Positions 8,755 through 19,404 of a stretch of DNA of 64,000 nt are shown here, one piece after another (the stretch's first letter is position 1; every line of letters starts with the position of its first letter). This DNA is from an uncultured Solirubrobacterales bacterium (lineage in GTDB: Bacteria; Actinomycetota; Thermoleophilia; Solirubrobacterales; Solirubrobacteraceae): positions 45,216 to 109,215 of the forward strand of contig CAVROU010000001.1 in assembly GCA_963723045.1 (NCBI GenBank). Reading direction: 5' to 3'. The notes below the pieces were generated by a model. It searched no databases, was not told where the DNA came from, and saw only the letters and a list, made by a program, of their open reading frames with translations. Position numbers and translations under genes: made by a program.

Positions 8755-10227
8755 ATGTTCTGCTCGGTGATACGCCGTGGAACCCTCGTGAGAAGACTCT
8801 TGGTAGTGCTGCTGGTGGGCCTAGCCCTCCTGCCGGCGCGCGCGCTCGCGGCGAGCGAGCCAGGTCCTGTCCTCGGGCGGTCGGTCGTCGTTCAGCGTGT
8901 GTCGGGCACCGTCCGTGTGCGCCAGCCGCGGTCGTCGATCGCGGCTGCGATCACCGGTCGCACGCTCGTCCCGATGGGCTCGATGATCGACACCACGAGT
9001 GGCAAGGTGCTGTTGACGACCGCCACCGCCCGCCGTGGGACCCAGTTCGGTGAATTCGATCGGGGTGCGTTCGTGGTCACGCAGAAGCGCTCCGGCCTCG
9101 CCGACCTGGCGTTGGCCGGGGGCTCGCGGCGAACGCGTTGCGTCGTCACCAGTGCCGCCAAGAGTGCCAGTCCGGCAGTGCTGCGTCTGCTCCACGGCCA
9201 CTCCCACGGCGCTTTCAGGACCGTTGGTAGCTATGCATCCGCGGCGGTGCGCGGCACCGACTGGACCACGACCGATCGTTGCGACGGCACGCTGCTCACC
9301 GACAACACTGGCAAGATCGACACCGCGACCAACAACGGCGCCGTCTCCTCGCCGACACTGAGCTCTGGCGAGACGAGCGACTACCGGTGCGCGACCGGTG
9401 GGCTGGCGCCCGTGTCGAGCTCGTACTGCGTGGCCGTCGAGGGATTCGTGCAGCACACGGTGCTCGACGGGCGGCCCGTGACGCTCTATAAGTACGTCGC
9501 CGCGTTGGCCACCAAGAGCCCGGCCGGTGAGGCGACGGAACTGTGCGTCACGACGCCCTCGGGACAGTTGACCTGCACGCAGTACCCACTCGCTCCGCCG
9601 GACCCCGCGGGCTTCATGTCCTCTACCGTGGGCTGCTACACCGCGGAAGCGGGGGACTACCAGATCACCTATCGCCTCGGCGGCGTGACTCTCGGGACGC
9701 CGCTCGTCTACCACTCGCCGGCCGCGTCGCCCGTAGCGTCGAGTTGTGAGGCGTGGCTTGGCAAGCCCGACCCCGGCAGCGCGCTCGCGGCTTTGAACGC
9801 CAACGTGAAGCAGGTGAATCGGTATTCGCTGCCGACCTCCGCGCGGGTGGGCTCTGAGGATGTGCTGTTGGGCCCCACCGGCAGGGCGGGTACCGAGCTG
9901 GTCCGAGGCGTCGTGTACGGCGACACAAACGGGGCACCTGGTCCGCTGCTTGGCGCGACGAACATCTTCCCGTTCGCGCGTAATGACGGCGCCGGTATGG
10001 CGACGTTGGCCTTCGACCCGAACCTTCAGCTCCCGGCCGGGGACTACTGGATTGGTCTGATCACCGGTGGACAGGCGGACGTCGCCGCCATTTCCTACGA
10101 CCCCCAGCCGGGCGTGCTCGAGTCCGACGCGAATCCGTTCTTATCGGGGCCCTCAGATCCGTTCGGGCCGATCAGCTCCGGCAACGAACTGATGTCGCTC
10201 TACCTGGACTACCTCATAACGCCGTAG
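8755..10227 (+). CDS. Secreted protein with FecR-like N-terminal beta domain
   Basis: Signal peptide LLVVLLVGLALLPARALAA; AAVRGTDWTTTDRCDGT motif; paired Cys. Confidence 0.65.
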   Translation: MFCSVIRRGTLVRRLLVVLLVGLALLPARALAASEPGPVLGRSVVVQRVSGTVRVRQPRSSIAAAITGRTLVPMGSMIDTTSGKVLLTTATARRGTQFGEFDRGAFVVTQKRSGLADLALAGGSRRTRCVVTSAAKSASPAVLRLLHGHSHGAFRTVGSYASAAVRGTDWTTTDRCDGTLLTDNTGKIDTATNNGAVSSPTLSSGETSDYRCATGGLAPVSSSYCVAVEGFVQHTVLDGRPVTLYKYVAALATKSPAGEATELCVTTPSGQLTCTQYPLAPPDPAGFMSSTVGCYTAEAGDYQITYRLGGVTLGTPLVYHSPAASPVASSCEAWLGKPDPGSALAALNANVKQVNRYSLPTSARVGSEDVLLGPTGRAGTELVRGVVYGDTNGAPGPLLGATNIFPFARNDGAGMATLAFDPNLQLPAGDYWIGLITGGQADVAAISYDPQPGVLESDANPFLSGPSDPFGPISSGNELMSLYLDYLITP

Positions 10228-10380
10228 GCGTGCCAGCGAGATTCGTCCGCGCCGTCGCTTGGGGCGGGCTCCAGCAGCCCGGTCCGAGTTCTGGTCTCGC
10301 CACACACGGCTTGCCGACGATCACAAGCTTTCGCGCCACGTTCACGGTGGCTGCACGCCCGCGCCCGATAGTGAGCGGTG

Positions 10381-11112
10381 ATGGATCCCGACACGGTCAT
10401 TCTCTCGCCCCACTTCGACGACGCGGTGCTCTCGTGCTGGCATCTGCTGACAGGTCCCGGCAAGGTGCTCGTCGTGAACGTCTTTGGCGGCGTGCCCGCG
10501 GCGGGGGCGCTCGGCTGGTGGGATGAGCTCGCGGGCGCGAGCGACTCAGCCGCGGCGGTCCGCGTGCGTGTCGAGGAGGATCGCCGGGCGCTCGCGCTCG
10601 CCGGCCGAACGGCCGTCAACCTGCCGTTCCTGGATGGCCAGTACCGCAAGTCTGAGCAGGCACCGGGAGCGATCGCCCAGGCGCTGCGTGGAGTGCTCCC
10701 TGGGGGCGCCCGGATATACGCGCCGGCCAGTCTTGGCGACCACCACCGGGACCACACCGCCGTGCGCGCCGCGGCACTCGCGCTCCGCACGGAGGGCGCG
10801 AACGTGGCGCTGTATGCCGACCTGCCTCATGCCACGGTGTTGGGGTGGCCGCGATGGGTGCTCGGGGGATCCTCCTCGGAGGCCGATCCGGCAGGCGAGG
10901 GATGGACGAGCCAGCTCCGGGAGTCGGGCGTTCCGGCCGAGCGGATGGTGCCGGCCGTGCATCGGTTGTCAACCGAGCACCACTCCAGAAAGCTTGAGGC
11001 AATGGTTGCCTATCGCAGCCAGATAGCGCCGCTGCAGAACACCTTCGGATCCTCGCTGAAGGATCCTCAGCTGCTCGGCCTCGAGGTCAATTGGCAGCTG
11101 CCGCCTAGTTAG
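10381..11112 (+). CDS. PIG-L/LmbE-family deacetylase
   Basis: SPHFDDAVLS, HRDH and AYRSQ motifs. Confidence 0.88.
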   Translation: MDPDTVILSPHFDDAVLSCWHLLTGPGKVLVVNVFGGVPAAGALGWWDELAGASDSAAAVRVRVEEDRRALALAGRTAVNLPFLDGQYRKSEQAPGAIAQALRGVLPGGARIYAPASLGDHHRDHTAVRAAALALRTEGANVALYADLPHATVLGWPRWVLGGSSSEADPAGEGWTSQLRESGVPAERMVPAVHRLSTEHHSRKLEAMVAYRSQIAPLQNTFGSSLKDPQLLGLEVNWQLPPS

Positions 11113-11190
11113 AACCTGTTTCGAGATAGGCGATCCAGCGCCGCGTCCAGGGGCGCATCCGGACTTGCCGATCTTTTTGAAACAAGTTCT
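11111..11190. repeat. 80-bp element with imperfect terminal inverted repeats (MITE-like)
   Basis: AGAACCTGTTTC ... GAAACAAGTTCT (11/12) between convergent stop codons. Confidence 0.45.
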
Positions 11191-14100
11191 CAGTTGCGCG
11201 GCAGGGGCCCCGGGCGGTCGATCTCGGCGAGGGCACGCTCACGAAAGCGCATGCCCATCTGCTCCTCCTCGACGGCGGCGGCGATGGCGTCGGTCAGCCG
11301 GCGGGCCCGTCCTCGGCGATCCTCGGCCTCATCCGGCCTATCCGTCGCGGCGGCCACGCGCGCAAGCCCGGCCTCGATCTGCCAGCGCTCGCAGAGCAGC
11401 CCATCCTCGCCGGCTGCAGCGGCACCGCGCGCGAGCATCTGCGCTGCCGTGGCCCAGTCGCCGCGGGCCTCGGCGCAGCGGGAGAGGAAACGCGCTGTCG
11501 TCGCGATCGACCTGCGCGCGCCGCTGCGCTCCCAGGCCTGCAGGCGGCTCTGCATAAGTTCCTCGGCGCCCCGCACGTCGCCGCTCCAGAGCAGGCTCTC
11601 GGCGATCGCGAAGTAGGCGGGCTCGCCCCAGAGGTCGACGCGGCCGGGGGGTGTGGTGACGTGCTCGGCGATCTGCCGCGCCCGCTCGGCGAGCTCGCGC
11701 GCGCGGGTCTCGGTGCCGTCGCCGCCGGTGAGGCGCACTGCTAGGGAGAGCGCGCCGAGGCAGCGGAAGATCTGTCCGCGGGCACGGTTGCGCTCAGCGG
11801 CGGCGAGGCCGCGCTCCAGGACGGCCATGGCCTCCTCGCCGGCAAACAGATCCAACAGCGGCGCCGCGAGACCGGCGCTGACCCAGCCGAGCCAGTCGGC
11901 CTGGGGGGTGTCGGCGCGGGTAACGGCCTCGCGGCCGAGGGCTAGCGCTCGCGCGTAGTCGCCGCGGCAGCGGGCGATCCAGCCGGAGGTGTCGCGGATC
12001 AGCACGGCCGAGGGGTGGTCACTGATGCGTTCGCTGATGGCGAGGGCCTCGCTGGCGCGCCGCTCGGCCTCGTGCCATTCGCAGCGCTCGAGTGGCACAT
12101 GGGCGGACTCGTAGAGCGTCCACTGCAGGAACCACAGATCCCCACGCCGGCGCTGTGTGCGCTCGAGCTCGGCGCAGAGCTCGGCGAGGCGCTCGATGTC
12201 GCCCAGCTGCAGCGCGGCGAACTTGAGGCTGTCGAGGGCGCGGCTGACGGCGAGCTCGTCGCCGGCGCGACGGGCGATCTGGAGCGCGCGCTCGCCGACC
12301 TCGACGGCCGCGGCGAACTCGAGCTCGTTGGCGAGGACCAGCGAGAGGCGATTGAGGGCATCGACCTGGCTGGCTTCGTCGCCGAGCTCCTCGGCGATTA
12401 CAAGCGCCGCTTCGTGGCAACGCCGCGAGGCGGGTGGGTCGAGCACGTGCCAGTGCAGGCCCAGGGCGTTGCGCACCTGCATCTCACACCTGCGGTCGCC
12501 CGCCGCGCCGGCCCCCGCGAGGGTGTGTTCGAGGTCGCTGAGCGCGCGTTCGGAGTCGCCGAGGAGCTCGAGTGTCCAGGCGCGCGCGCGGTAGAGGTCG
12601 CGGATGGTCTCCTCGCCGGCGGCCGTCATACCGAGCTGCTCGCCCGCGGCGATTGCTCCATCGAGGTTCTCGAGTGCGGTCTCCTGGGCGTGAACGCGTT
12701 CGGCCGCCAGGGCGGCGCGGCGGTAGCAGTCAAACGCCCGACGCAGCTCGCCGGCGGCGCGGTAGTGGTGGGCGAGCGTGCCCGCGCGCTCGTCGGGGCG
12801 ATCGGTGGGTATGGCCTCGATCGCGGTCGCGATACGCCCATGGATGGCGCTCGCGCGAGTGGCGGATAGCTGCGCGTAGATCGTCTCGCGGAAGAGGGCG
12901 TGGGAGAAGCTGAGCCGTCCCACGGGCTCCCCGGGCTCGATCAGGATGTCGGCGTCGATGGCTTCCTCGACGAGGTCGATGAGGTGTTCGCGCGAGTGCC
13001 CGAGAACGCGCTCGAGCACCGCCAGCTCGAAGTCGCGCCCCGCGACAGCGGCGACGGACAGCGCCTGACGGCAGTCATCCCCCAGGCCGCGCAGGCGCCG
13101 CAGCAGCAGGTCCCTGATGCTCTCGGGCACGCCGCCGGCAGCCGCCTCCCAGTCGGAGGCCGGGCCGACGTCGTGCAGGAGCTCCTCGATGAAGAAGGGG
13201 TTGCCCTCGCTGCGCTCTGCGACGCGAGTCACGAACTCGCGCGGCGCCTCCAGTCCGGTGCGCGCGGCGATCAGCTCGGCGACCTCGGCCTCGCCGAGCC
13301 CGGACAGCGGAATCTGCGTCAGCGTGCGCGAGCGGCGCAGCTCCGCAAGCGCGGATGCGAGCGGATGCTCCTCGCCGACCTCGCTCGGCCGGTAGGTGCC
13401 GAGGACGAGCAGCGGGGCCCCCGACGCGGCGCGGGCAAGGTGGCGCAGCAGCAGCAGGCTGGAGGGGTCGGCCCAGTGAAGGTCGTCGAGGAACAGCACG
13501 AGCGGGCGCAGATGCGCGGCCTCGGCGAGCACCGCGCAGACGGCCTCGAACAGGTGAAAGCGCTCCTGCTCGGGCAGACGCTCGTGCTCGCTGCCAGAGC
13601 TGACTGGCTCGCGCGGGGAGCGCCCGCCATCGAGCTCGGGCACGATCGTCGCGAGCTGCGCGCGCCGCGGTGTGACCTGGACGGTCAGCTCGGCCGGGGG
13701 GCAGCAGGCGATGTAGTGGCGCAGCGCTTCCACGAAGGGCTGGTAGGGCGCGCGGATCTCCTCGTGGCAGCTGCCGGCCAGCACCGTGGCGCCCTGCTCG
13801 TGCGCCGCGCGTGCCAGCTCGAGGGCCATGCGCGTCTTGCCGATGCCGGGCTCGCCTGCGAGCAGCGCCACGCGCAGGCCGCCTGCGCGCGCGGCCGCCC
13901 ACTCGGCTCCGAGCGCATCTCCTGCACCGGAGCGGCCGATGAAGGCGTCGCGGTCCTCGCCGGCGAGGACCGCGGGCAGGGGCACGCGCACCTCGGTGGA
14001 GGGCTCCCAGATCACCTCACAGGCAGCCACGGGCTCGGCGACGCCCTTCAGCGCTACGGCTCCGAGCGTGCGGTAGACGAACCCGCCGCGCGTGCCGGCG

Positions 14101-15395
14101 AGCGCACGCACGAGCTCGGAGGCGAGGATCTGCCCCGGCGCGCCGGCGTCGCAGAGTCGCTTGGCGATGACCACGGGCGTGCCGAAGTAGTCGCCCTCGT
14201 CGCGGATCGGCTCGCCGACGTTCAGCCCGATGCGCACGGCGAGATCGAGCCCGTCGCTGGCCCCGGCGCGGTGCACGGCCTGCTGGATCGTGATCGCGCA
14301 GGCCAGCGCGTCGACGGCGCTGACGAACGCGACCATCAGCCCGTCGCCGAGGTTCTTGACCTCCTCGCCCCCGTGCAGCGCGGCGGCCTCGCGCAGCAGC
14401 CCGAAGTGCGCGCGCCGCAGCCGCTCGCCCTCCTCGTCGCCCAGTCGCTGCAGCGTCTCGGTGGAGCCGACCTGGTCGGTGAAGAGCAGCGTGACCGTGC
14501 CGGCCCTGCGCTCGCTCGCGGGCACCGAGTCGGGGGCGAGGATGGGAAGAGGCTCCGCTTCGCTGCGCCGTGTGGGCCGCGCACTTGGGGCCGGCGGCGT
14601 CGAGCGCTGCGGTGCAGGTGGCGCGACGGAGGGCGATGTCGATGGTGTGGTCGGGGCCGTTGCGGGCTGCGATGCAGATAACGGGGCTGACGGCGTCGCA
14701 TCCTCGGCGCGAATCTGCTCGACCAGTTCGCGCGTCGCGGGCGAGGGCGCGATCCCAAGCTCGGTCGCGAAGCGATCGGACAGGCGGCGGAACGTGGTGA
14801 GTGCCGCCGAGCGGTCGCCACTGAGCGCCAGGCGGCGGATGAGTTCGCGATAGGCCTCCTCGGAGAGCGGGTCGAGCGCGAGAAGGCGGCGCGTGAGCGC
14901 CACGGCTCCGGCGAGGTCGCCCGCTGTCTCGGCGCCGCCGGCGAGCTGCTCGAGCAGGGCGACCACGCGCGCGCGGTGCTGCTCGCGGTACTCGTACACC
15001 CAGTCTTCGTCGAGGTCCGCCAGCAGATCGCCGCGAAAGAGATCGAGGGCGTCATGCAACTGGCCCTGCGAGAGCAGCCGGTCGAACTCGCCGACGTCAG
15101 TCCAAACGTGATCGGGGCCGGCGAGGGCGACTCCCTCGCGGGTTGCGACGAGGTAGCGGTCGGCGTCGGCTCCCAGCGGACGGCGCAGGGCCGAGAGCGC
15201 ACTGCGCAGGCTGGTGCGGGCGCTCTCGTCGAGCACGTCGGGCCAGAAGCGGGCGGCGAGCTGACCGCGGGGGTGGGTGCGGCGCTCCAGCGCGAGCACG
15301 CCGAGCAGCGCGCGAGCACGGCGGCTCGCGGGCAGTTCCAGAGGCTCGCCGTCGAGCTCGAGCACCATCTCCCCCATCAGCTTGACGTGCAGCAT
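11190..15395 (-). CDS. SARP/BTAD - adenylate/guanylate cyclase - AAA ATPase (STAND-like) - TPR regulator
   Basis: DPLSEEAYRELIR (BTAD), TLLFTDQVGST and KNLGDGLM (class III cyclase), GEPGIGKT (Walker A), LFLDDLHWAD (Walker B). Confidence 0.92.
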   Translation of the reverse strand: MLHVKLMGEMVLELDGEPLELPASRRARALLGVLALERRTHPRGQLAARFWPDVLDESARTSLRSALSALRRPLGADADRYLVATREGVALAGPDHVWTDVGEFDRLLSQGQLHDALDLFRGDLLADLDEDWVYEYREQHRARVVALLEQLAGGAETAGDLAGAVALTRRLLALDPLSEEAYRELIRRLALSGDRSAALTTFRRLSDRFATELGIAPSPATRELVEQIRAEDATPSAPLSASQPATAPTTPSTSPSVAPPAPQRSTPPAPSARPTRRSEAEPLPILAPDSVPASERRAGTVTLLFTDQVGSTETLQRLGDEEGERLRRAHFGLLREAAALHGGEEVKNLGDGLMVAFVSAVDALACAITIQQAVHRAGASDGLDLAVRIGLNVGEPIRDEGDYFGTPVVIAKRLCDAGAPGQILASELVRALAGTRGGFVYRTLGAVALKGVAEPVAACEVIWEPSTEVRVPLPAVLAGEDRDAFIGRSGAGDALGAEWAAARAGGLRVALLAGEPGIGKTRMALELARAAHEQGATVLAGSCHEEIRAPYQPFVEALRHYIACCPPAELTVQVTPRRAQLATIVPELDGGRSPREPVSSGSEHERLPEQERFHLFEAVCAVLAEAAHLRPLVLFLDDLHWADPSSLLLLRHLARAASGAPLLVLGTYRPSEVGEEHPLASALAELRRSRTLTQIPLSGLGEAEVAELIAARTGLEAPREFVTRVAERSEGNPFFIEELLHDVGPASDWEAAAGGVPESIRDLLLRRLRGLGDDCRQALSVAAVAGRDFELAVLERVLGHSREHLIDLVEEAIDADILIEPGEPVGRLSFSHALFRETIYAQLSATRASAIHGRIATAIEAIPTDRPDERAGTLAHHYRAAGELRRAFDCYRRAALAAERVHAQETALENLDGAIAAGEQLGMTAAGEETIRDLYRARAWTLELLGDSERALSDLEHTLAGAGAAGDRRCEMQVRNALGLHWHVLDPPASRRCHEAALVIAEELGDEASQVDALNRLSLVLANELEFAAAVEVGERALQIARRAGDELAVSRALDSLKFAALQLGDIERLAELCAELERTQRRRGDLWFLQWTLYESAHVPLERCEWHEAERRASEALAISERISDHPSAVLIRDTSGWIARCRGDYARALALGREAVTRADTPQADWLGWVSAGLAAPLLDLFAGEEAMAVLERGLAAAERNRARGQIFRCLGALSLAVRLTGGDGTETRARELAERARQIAEHVTTPPGRVDLWGEPAYFAIAESLLWSGDVRGAEELMQSRLQAWERSGARRSIATTARFLSRCAEARGDWATAAQMLARGAAAAGEDGLLCERWQIEAGLARVAAATDRPDEAEDRRGRARRLTDAIAAAVEEEQMGMRFRERALAEIDRPGPLPRN

Positions 15396-15610
15396 CGGCG
15401 AAGCCTATGCGGATTCCGCCGGGATTCCGGACCGGGCTCCATGGATTCACGCGCCATTCGCGCTGGCGCCACGGAGGCGTGGGACAGTGCCCGAAGCGCA
15501 CCACGCCGGCACGAGCGCTCGCGGCGGTGGGGGGGAAACCCAAACCACGCCGAGATCGCACGTTGACTGTGACCTTTGAACAGACAATCCTGCACGAAAG
15601 CGACGAAACC

Positions 15611-17809
15611 ATGGCAACCGAGACCCCGACAGCCCCGCCACCGCTCGACCTGAAGGCGCTCGCCGACGCGCCGGAGCAGAGCCGTGCCCGCTACCCCGAC
15701 AGCGAGGGGTTCGCCGAGCGCGACGGCCAGCGCCTGTTCTACGAGCTCTACGGCGAGGGCGAGGAGACGATCTTCCTGCTGCCGACATGGTCGATGGTGC
15801 ACTCGCGCTTCTGGAAGATGCAGATCCCCTACCTTGCCCGCCATTTCCGCGTGCTCGTGATGGACGGCCTGGGCAACGGGCGCTCCGATCGCTGCCGCGA
15901 CCGCAAGCGCTACGCGCCGGCCGAATTCGCCCGCGACTGCCTGGCGGTGATGGACGCGAGCGGCACGCAGCGGGCGGTGATGGCGAGCCTCTCAACTGGG
16001 GCGCAGTATCAGCTGGAGCTGGCGCGCCAGGCGCCCGGGCGCGTCGTGGGCGCGGTCTTCCTCGGCCCGCTGTTCCCCTACACCCCCTCGCACTTGTCGT
16101 TCCTGACGCACCCGCTGACCCCGGTCATCTCCGAACACTTCTCCCTGCCCTCGCCCGTCTGGTGGGCGCACATGAATGGCAGTCACTGGCGCAAGGACTA
16201 TGCGCGCAGCGCGCAGTGGTTCGTCTCGCGCATTCTGCCGGAGCCGCACTCGCCCAAGGCCCTGGAAGACGGGGTGGGGTGGGCGCTCCAGACGGACCCC
16301 GAGACGCTGATCGCGAGCCTGGCGCACGGCGAGTTCCTGCGCGGTCGGCGCACCCTGCGCGAGCTGGCGCAGGGCCTTGACTGCCCGGTGCTCGTGGTCT
16401 CCGGCGAGCGCGACAGGATCACTCCCCCGCGCGATGCCCACGCCCTCGCGGACCTGACCGGTGGGCGCCTGGAGACGGTCCCCGGCGCGGGCCACTTCCT
16501 GCACGCGCGCAAGCCCGTGAGATTCAACCTGGCGCTGCGCGACTTCGCCGAGGACGCCTTCGGGCGCCCGCGCACGCCGCGCGACCCCACCGTCTACCGC
16601 CCCGACGGCCGTCCTCGCGCCCTGTTTGTCTCCTCGCCGATTGGGCTGGGCCACGCCCAGCGCGACGTTGCGATCGCGCGCGAGCTGCGCCGGCTGCAGC
16701 CGGACCTGCAGATCGACTGGCTGGCCCAGGACCCGGTCACGCGCGTCTTGGAGGCCGAGGGGGAGCGCATCCATCCCGCCAGTGCGCAGCTAGCCAACGA
16801 GTCGGGGCACATCGAGTCGGAGTCCGCCGAGCACGACCTGCACGTCTTTCACGCCCTGCGCCGCGCCGATGAGATCCTCGCGGCCAACTTCATGCTGTTC
16901 CACGACTTGGTGCGCCAGGATCGCTACGACCTGTGGATCGGGGACGAGGCGTGGGAGCTCGACTACTACCTGCACGAGAACCCGCGCGAGAAGCGCGTGC
17001 CGTTCGCGTGGCTCACCGACTTCGTGGGGTTCCTGCCGATGGACGAGGCGAACGCGCGCGAATGCTTTCTGACGACGTGCCGCAACGGTCAGATGGTCAC
17101 CCACGTAGCCGATCACCCCGAGGTTCGCGACCTGGCGCTGTTCGTGGGCGACCCCGAGGACATCGTGCCTGCACGCCTGGGAGCGGAGCTGCCGATGATC
17201 CGCGAGTGGACGGAGCGCAACTTCGACTTCACGGGCTACGTGACGGGCTTCACCCCGGCTGACCCCGCCGAGCGTACGCGGCTGCGCACCGAATTGGGTT
17301 ACGGCGATGACGAGCAGGTCTGCATCGTCACCGTGGGCGGCTCGGGCGTGGGCGCCGACCTGCTGCGGCGAGTGATCGCGGCCTTCCCCCAGGCCCAGGA
17401 ACAGGTTCCCGACCTGCGCATGGTCGTCGTCGCCGGCCCGCGCATCGACCCCGAGTCGCTCCCCTCGCCGGCCGGCCTGGAGGTGGTTCCTTACGTCCAC
17501 AACCTCTACCGGCACCTGGCCGCCTGCGATCTCGCGGTGGTGCAGGGGGGCCTGACGACCTCGATGGAGCTGACGGCGAACAAGCGGCCGTTCCTGTACT
17601 TCCCGCTGCGCCACCACTTCGAGCAGAACTTCCACGTCCGCCACCGGCTCGAACGCTACGGTGCCGGTCGTCGCATGGACTACGAGGACTCCCCGCCGGA
17701 GCGGATCGCGGCGGCGATTGCCCAGGAGATCGGCCGTCAGGTCGACTACCGCGACGTGGAGGTCGACGGCGCCGCCAGGGCGGCTCGACGCCTGGCCGAG
17801 CTGCTGTAG
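15611..17809 (+). CDS. Alpha/beta hydrolase fused to a glycosyltransferase family 28-like domain
   Basis: DGLGNGRSD, ASLSTGA, GAGHF; then SSPIGLGHAQRD, TVGGSGVG, QGGLTTSMEL, HFEQ. Confidence 0.88.
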   Translation: MATETPTAPPPLDLKALADAPEQSRARYPDSEGFAERDGQRLFYELYGEGEETIFLLPTWSMVHSRFWKMQIPYLARHFRVLVMDGLGNGRSDRCRDRKRYAPAEFARDCLAVMDASGTQRAVMASLSTGAQYQLELARQAPGRVVGAVFLGPLFPYTPSHLSFLTHPLTPVISEHFSLPSPVWWAHMNGSHWRKDYARSAQWFVSRILPEPHSPKALEDGVGWALQTDPETLIASLAHGEFLRGRRTLRELAQGLDCPVLVVSGERDRITPPRDAHALADLTGGRLETVPGAGHFLHARKPVRFNLALRDFAEDAFGRPRTPRDPTVYRPDGRPRALFVSSPIGLGHAQRDVAIARELRRLQPDLQIDWLAQDPVTRVLEAEGERIHPASAQLANESGHIESESAEHDLHVFHALRRADEILAANFMLFHDLVRQDRYDLWIGDEAWELDYYLHENPREKRVPFAWLTDFVGFLPMDEANARECFLTTCRNGQMVTHVADHPEVRDLALFVGDPEDIVPARLGAELPMIREWTERNFDFTGYVTGFTPADPAERTRLRTELGYGDDEQVCIVTVGGSGVGADLLRRVIAAFPQAQEQVPDLRMVVVAGPRIDPESLPSPAGLEVVPYVHNLYRHLAACDLAVVQGGLTTSMELTANKRPFLYFPLRHHFEQNFHVRHRLERYGAGRRMDYEDSPPERIAAAIAQEIGRQVDYRDVEVDGAARAARRLAELL

Positions 17810-17887
17810 CCCGGCTGTGCGATCGGCAGCGCCGGGGCCGTACGACCCCGGCGCTACGCGCCGATCAACGAAGGAGACGAATGGGTG

Positions 17888-19246
17888 TCATGACATGAGC
17901 AGCGCGACGAAGGCTATGGCGCCGGCGATGACCAGCACTTCCTTGACGAGCTGTTTGCCGCTGGGCACCCCGGATGGGCATTCACTGACTTCAGCGGTCC
18001 TGTTGGCGAATTCCATTTTTCCTTGTGCTCCGAAGGGAGATTCTTCTTTTGTGTTTTTACCTTCCACCTTTCGGCCGAGATTCTGATTGGGTATCGTTAT
18101 TTCGCACGTCTTACCTTCTTCGAGTTCGGTGTCCTTGAACACGATGCCGCCTGCTTTGCATCCCACAAGCTTTGATTCTTCTATTTTGAAGCCGTTGGCA
18201 AGGGGCTCTTCGGGGTTTATGAATTCAGTTATGCAGCCGGTCGATTCCGGCGTGGTTTTTGTGAATTTGCCTTCTTTTCCGAGCCGACAGCCGCCGAATG
18301 TCGGGCTCATGGCGACTCGCCTGGAAAACCCACTTGTGGGTGTCTGGCCTTTGAACTGCACTTTTTCGCAGGATATTTCTGTGGTTTTGCTGAGCCTGAT
18401 GGACGCAGGGCCACCTTCGCCAGACCATCCGGTTTCCGCTTGGAATTTCGGTCCCGTTTCGAAGACGGCGACTTCTGGGCCTGTGGTTTTGAGTTTGATG
18501 CCGCCGGAAAGTGTTGCGTGGTTGCCGGCGAGCGTAATGCTGGGTTCCGCCCCGACGTTTTCTTTTTCGTTCCAGAAGTGTTGCTTGGCCCAGCCGGGGT
18601 AAGTGATGGTGAAGCCGCTGGCCCATTCTTCGACGTTAGCGATGCTGGAGGTCACGGATAGGCTGCCTTTCAAGGCAAATTTACCTGCGAGAACGCCACA
18701 TCCGGAGCCGCTCAGGACGGCTTCCATGAATGTTCCTTCCCCCAGTTTGGTCGCTCCTGCTTCGATTGGTGAGGGAGTGAAGACCAGGTCTGGTCGTTGT
18801 TCTTTTTGGGTGGCTTCTTCGAGCTGTTTTTTTTCACCGTTCCATTTCCAGGCAAGATGGCCTTCGGTCGGAAGTTCGTTGTTTGAGCCCACTTTCACCG
18901 AGCATTCTTTCAATTCGGGTTTCACTAGCCGGGGTTCGTGATAAGTGAGTACAGTTTTCACTTGTCCCTGTAGATAATTGTTGAAGATGATGCCTTTTGC
19001 TTGGACCGATTTCGCCACGATTTCCACTTTGGTGCTGGCGATTTCGCCGCGCAGGATCTGTTCGCCACCTTCTCCCTGAACGGAGACGGGCGATTCTTCG
19101 CTGGCTCCTTCGCCGACGCCTTTCGTGCCGGCTTCCCGCTCGTGGAAATATGGTCCGGGTTCTGCCCATGCGGTGCTCGTCGCTGCGCAAGATGCGATCA
19201 GAGTTACGATTGCGCCCAGCAATAGGGCTCTTGCTTTCAAAGACAT
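17888..19246 (-). CDS. Secreted hypothetical protein (paralog of 62907-63722)
   Basis: Signal peptide; shared block VQAKGII.NN.LQGQ.K..L.YH.P.LVKPELKEC.VKVG; visibly lower GC. Confidence 0.8.
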   Translation of the reverse strand: MSLKARALLLGAIVTLIASCAATSTAWAEPGPYFHEREAGTKGVGEGASEESPVSVQGEGGEQILRGEIASTKVEIVAKSVQAKGIIFNNYLQGQVKTVLTYHEPRLVKPELKECSVKVGSNNELPTEGHLAWKWNGEKKQLEEATQKEQRPDLVFTPSPIEAGATKLGEGTFMEAVLSGSGCGVLAGKFALKGSLSVTSSIANVEEWASGFTITYPGWAKQHFWNEKENVGAEPSITLAGNHATLSGGIKLKTTGPEVAVFETGPKFQAETGWSGEGGPASIRLSKTTEISCEKVQFKGQTPTSGFSRRVAMSPTFGGCRLGKEGKFTKTTPESTGCITEFINPEEPLANGFKIEESKLVGCKAGGIVFKDTELEEGKTCEITIPNQNLGRKVEGKNTKEESPFGAQGKMEFANRTAEVSECPSGVPSGKQLVKEVLVIAGAIAFVALLMS

Positions 19247-19404
19247 GTGTTCGATCTCCCCGCCCCGCTTCGGCGGGGCTGTTGTGGAGCGCGCACACGG
19301 CAGGCCGACACGACGGGAGAAGCCGGTCGTGCGCTGCGCCATTGACCCTCGCCCGAGGCCCCTCGCTCCGACCTCTCGCATCGGCCCACAGAGGCGGGTT
19401 CTGG

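Noticed and set aside
12015-14681. Long + strand ORFs (also 20555-22252 and the - strand ORFs at 42356-44546 and 46895-48250)
   Set aside because: Antisense to well-supported genes; expected in GC-rich DNA
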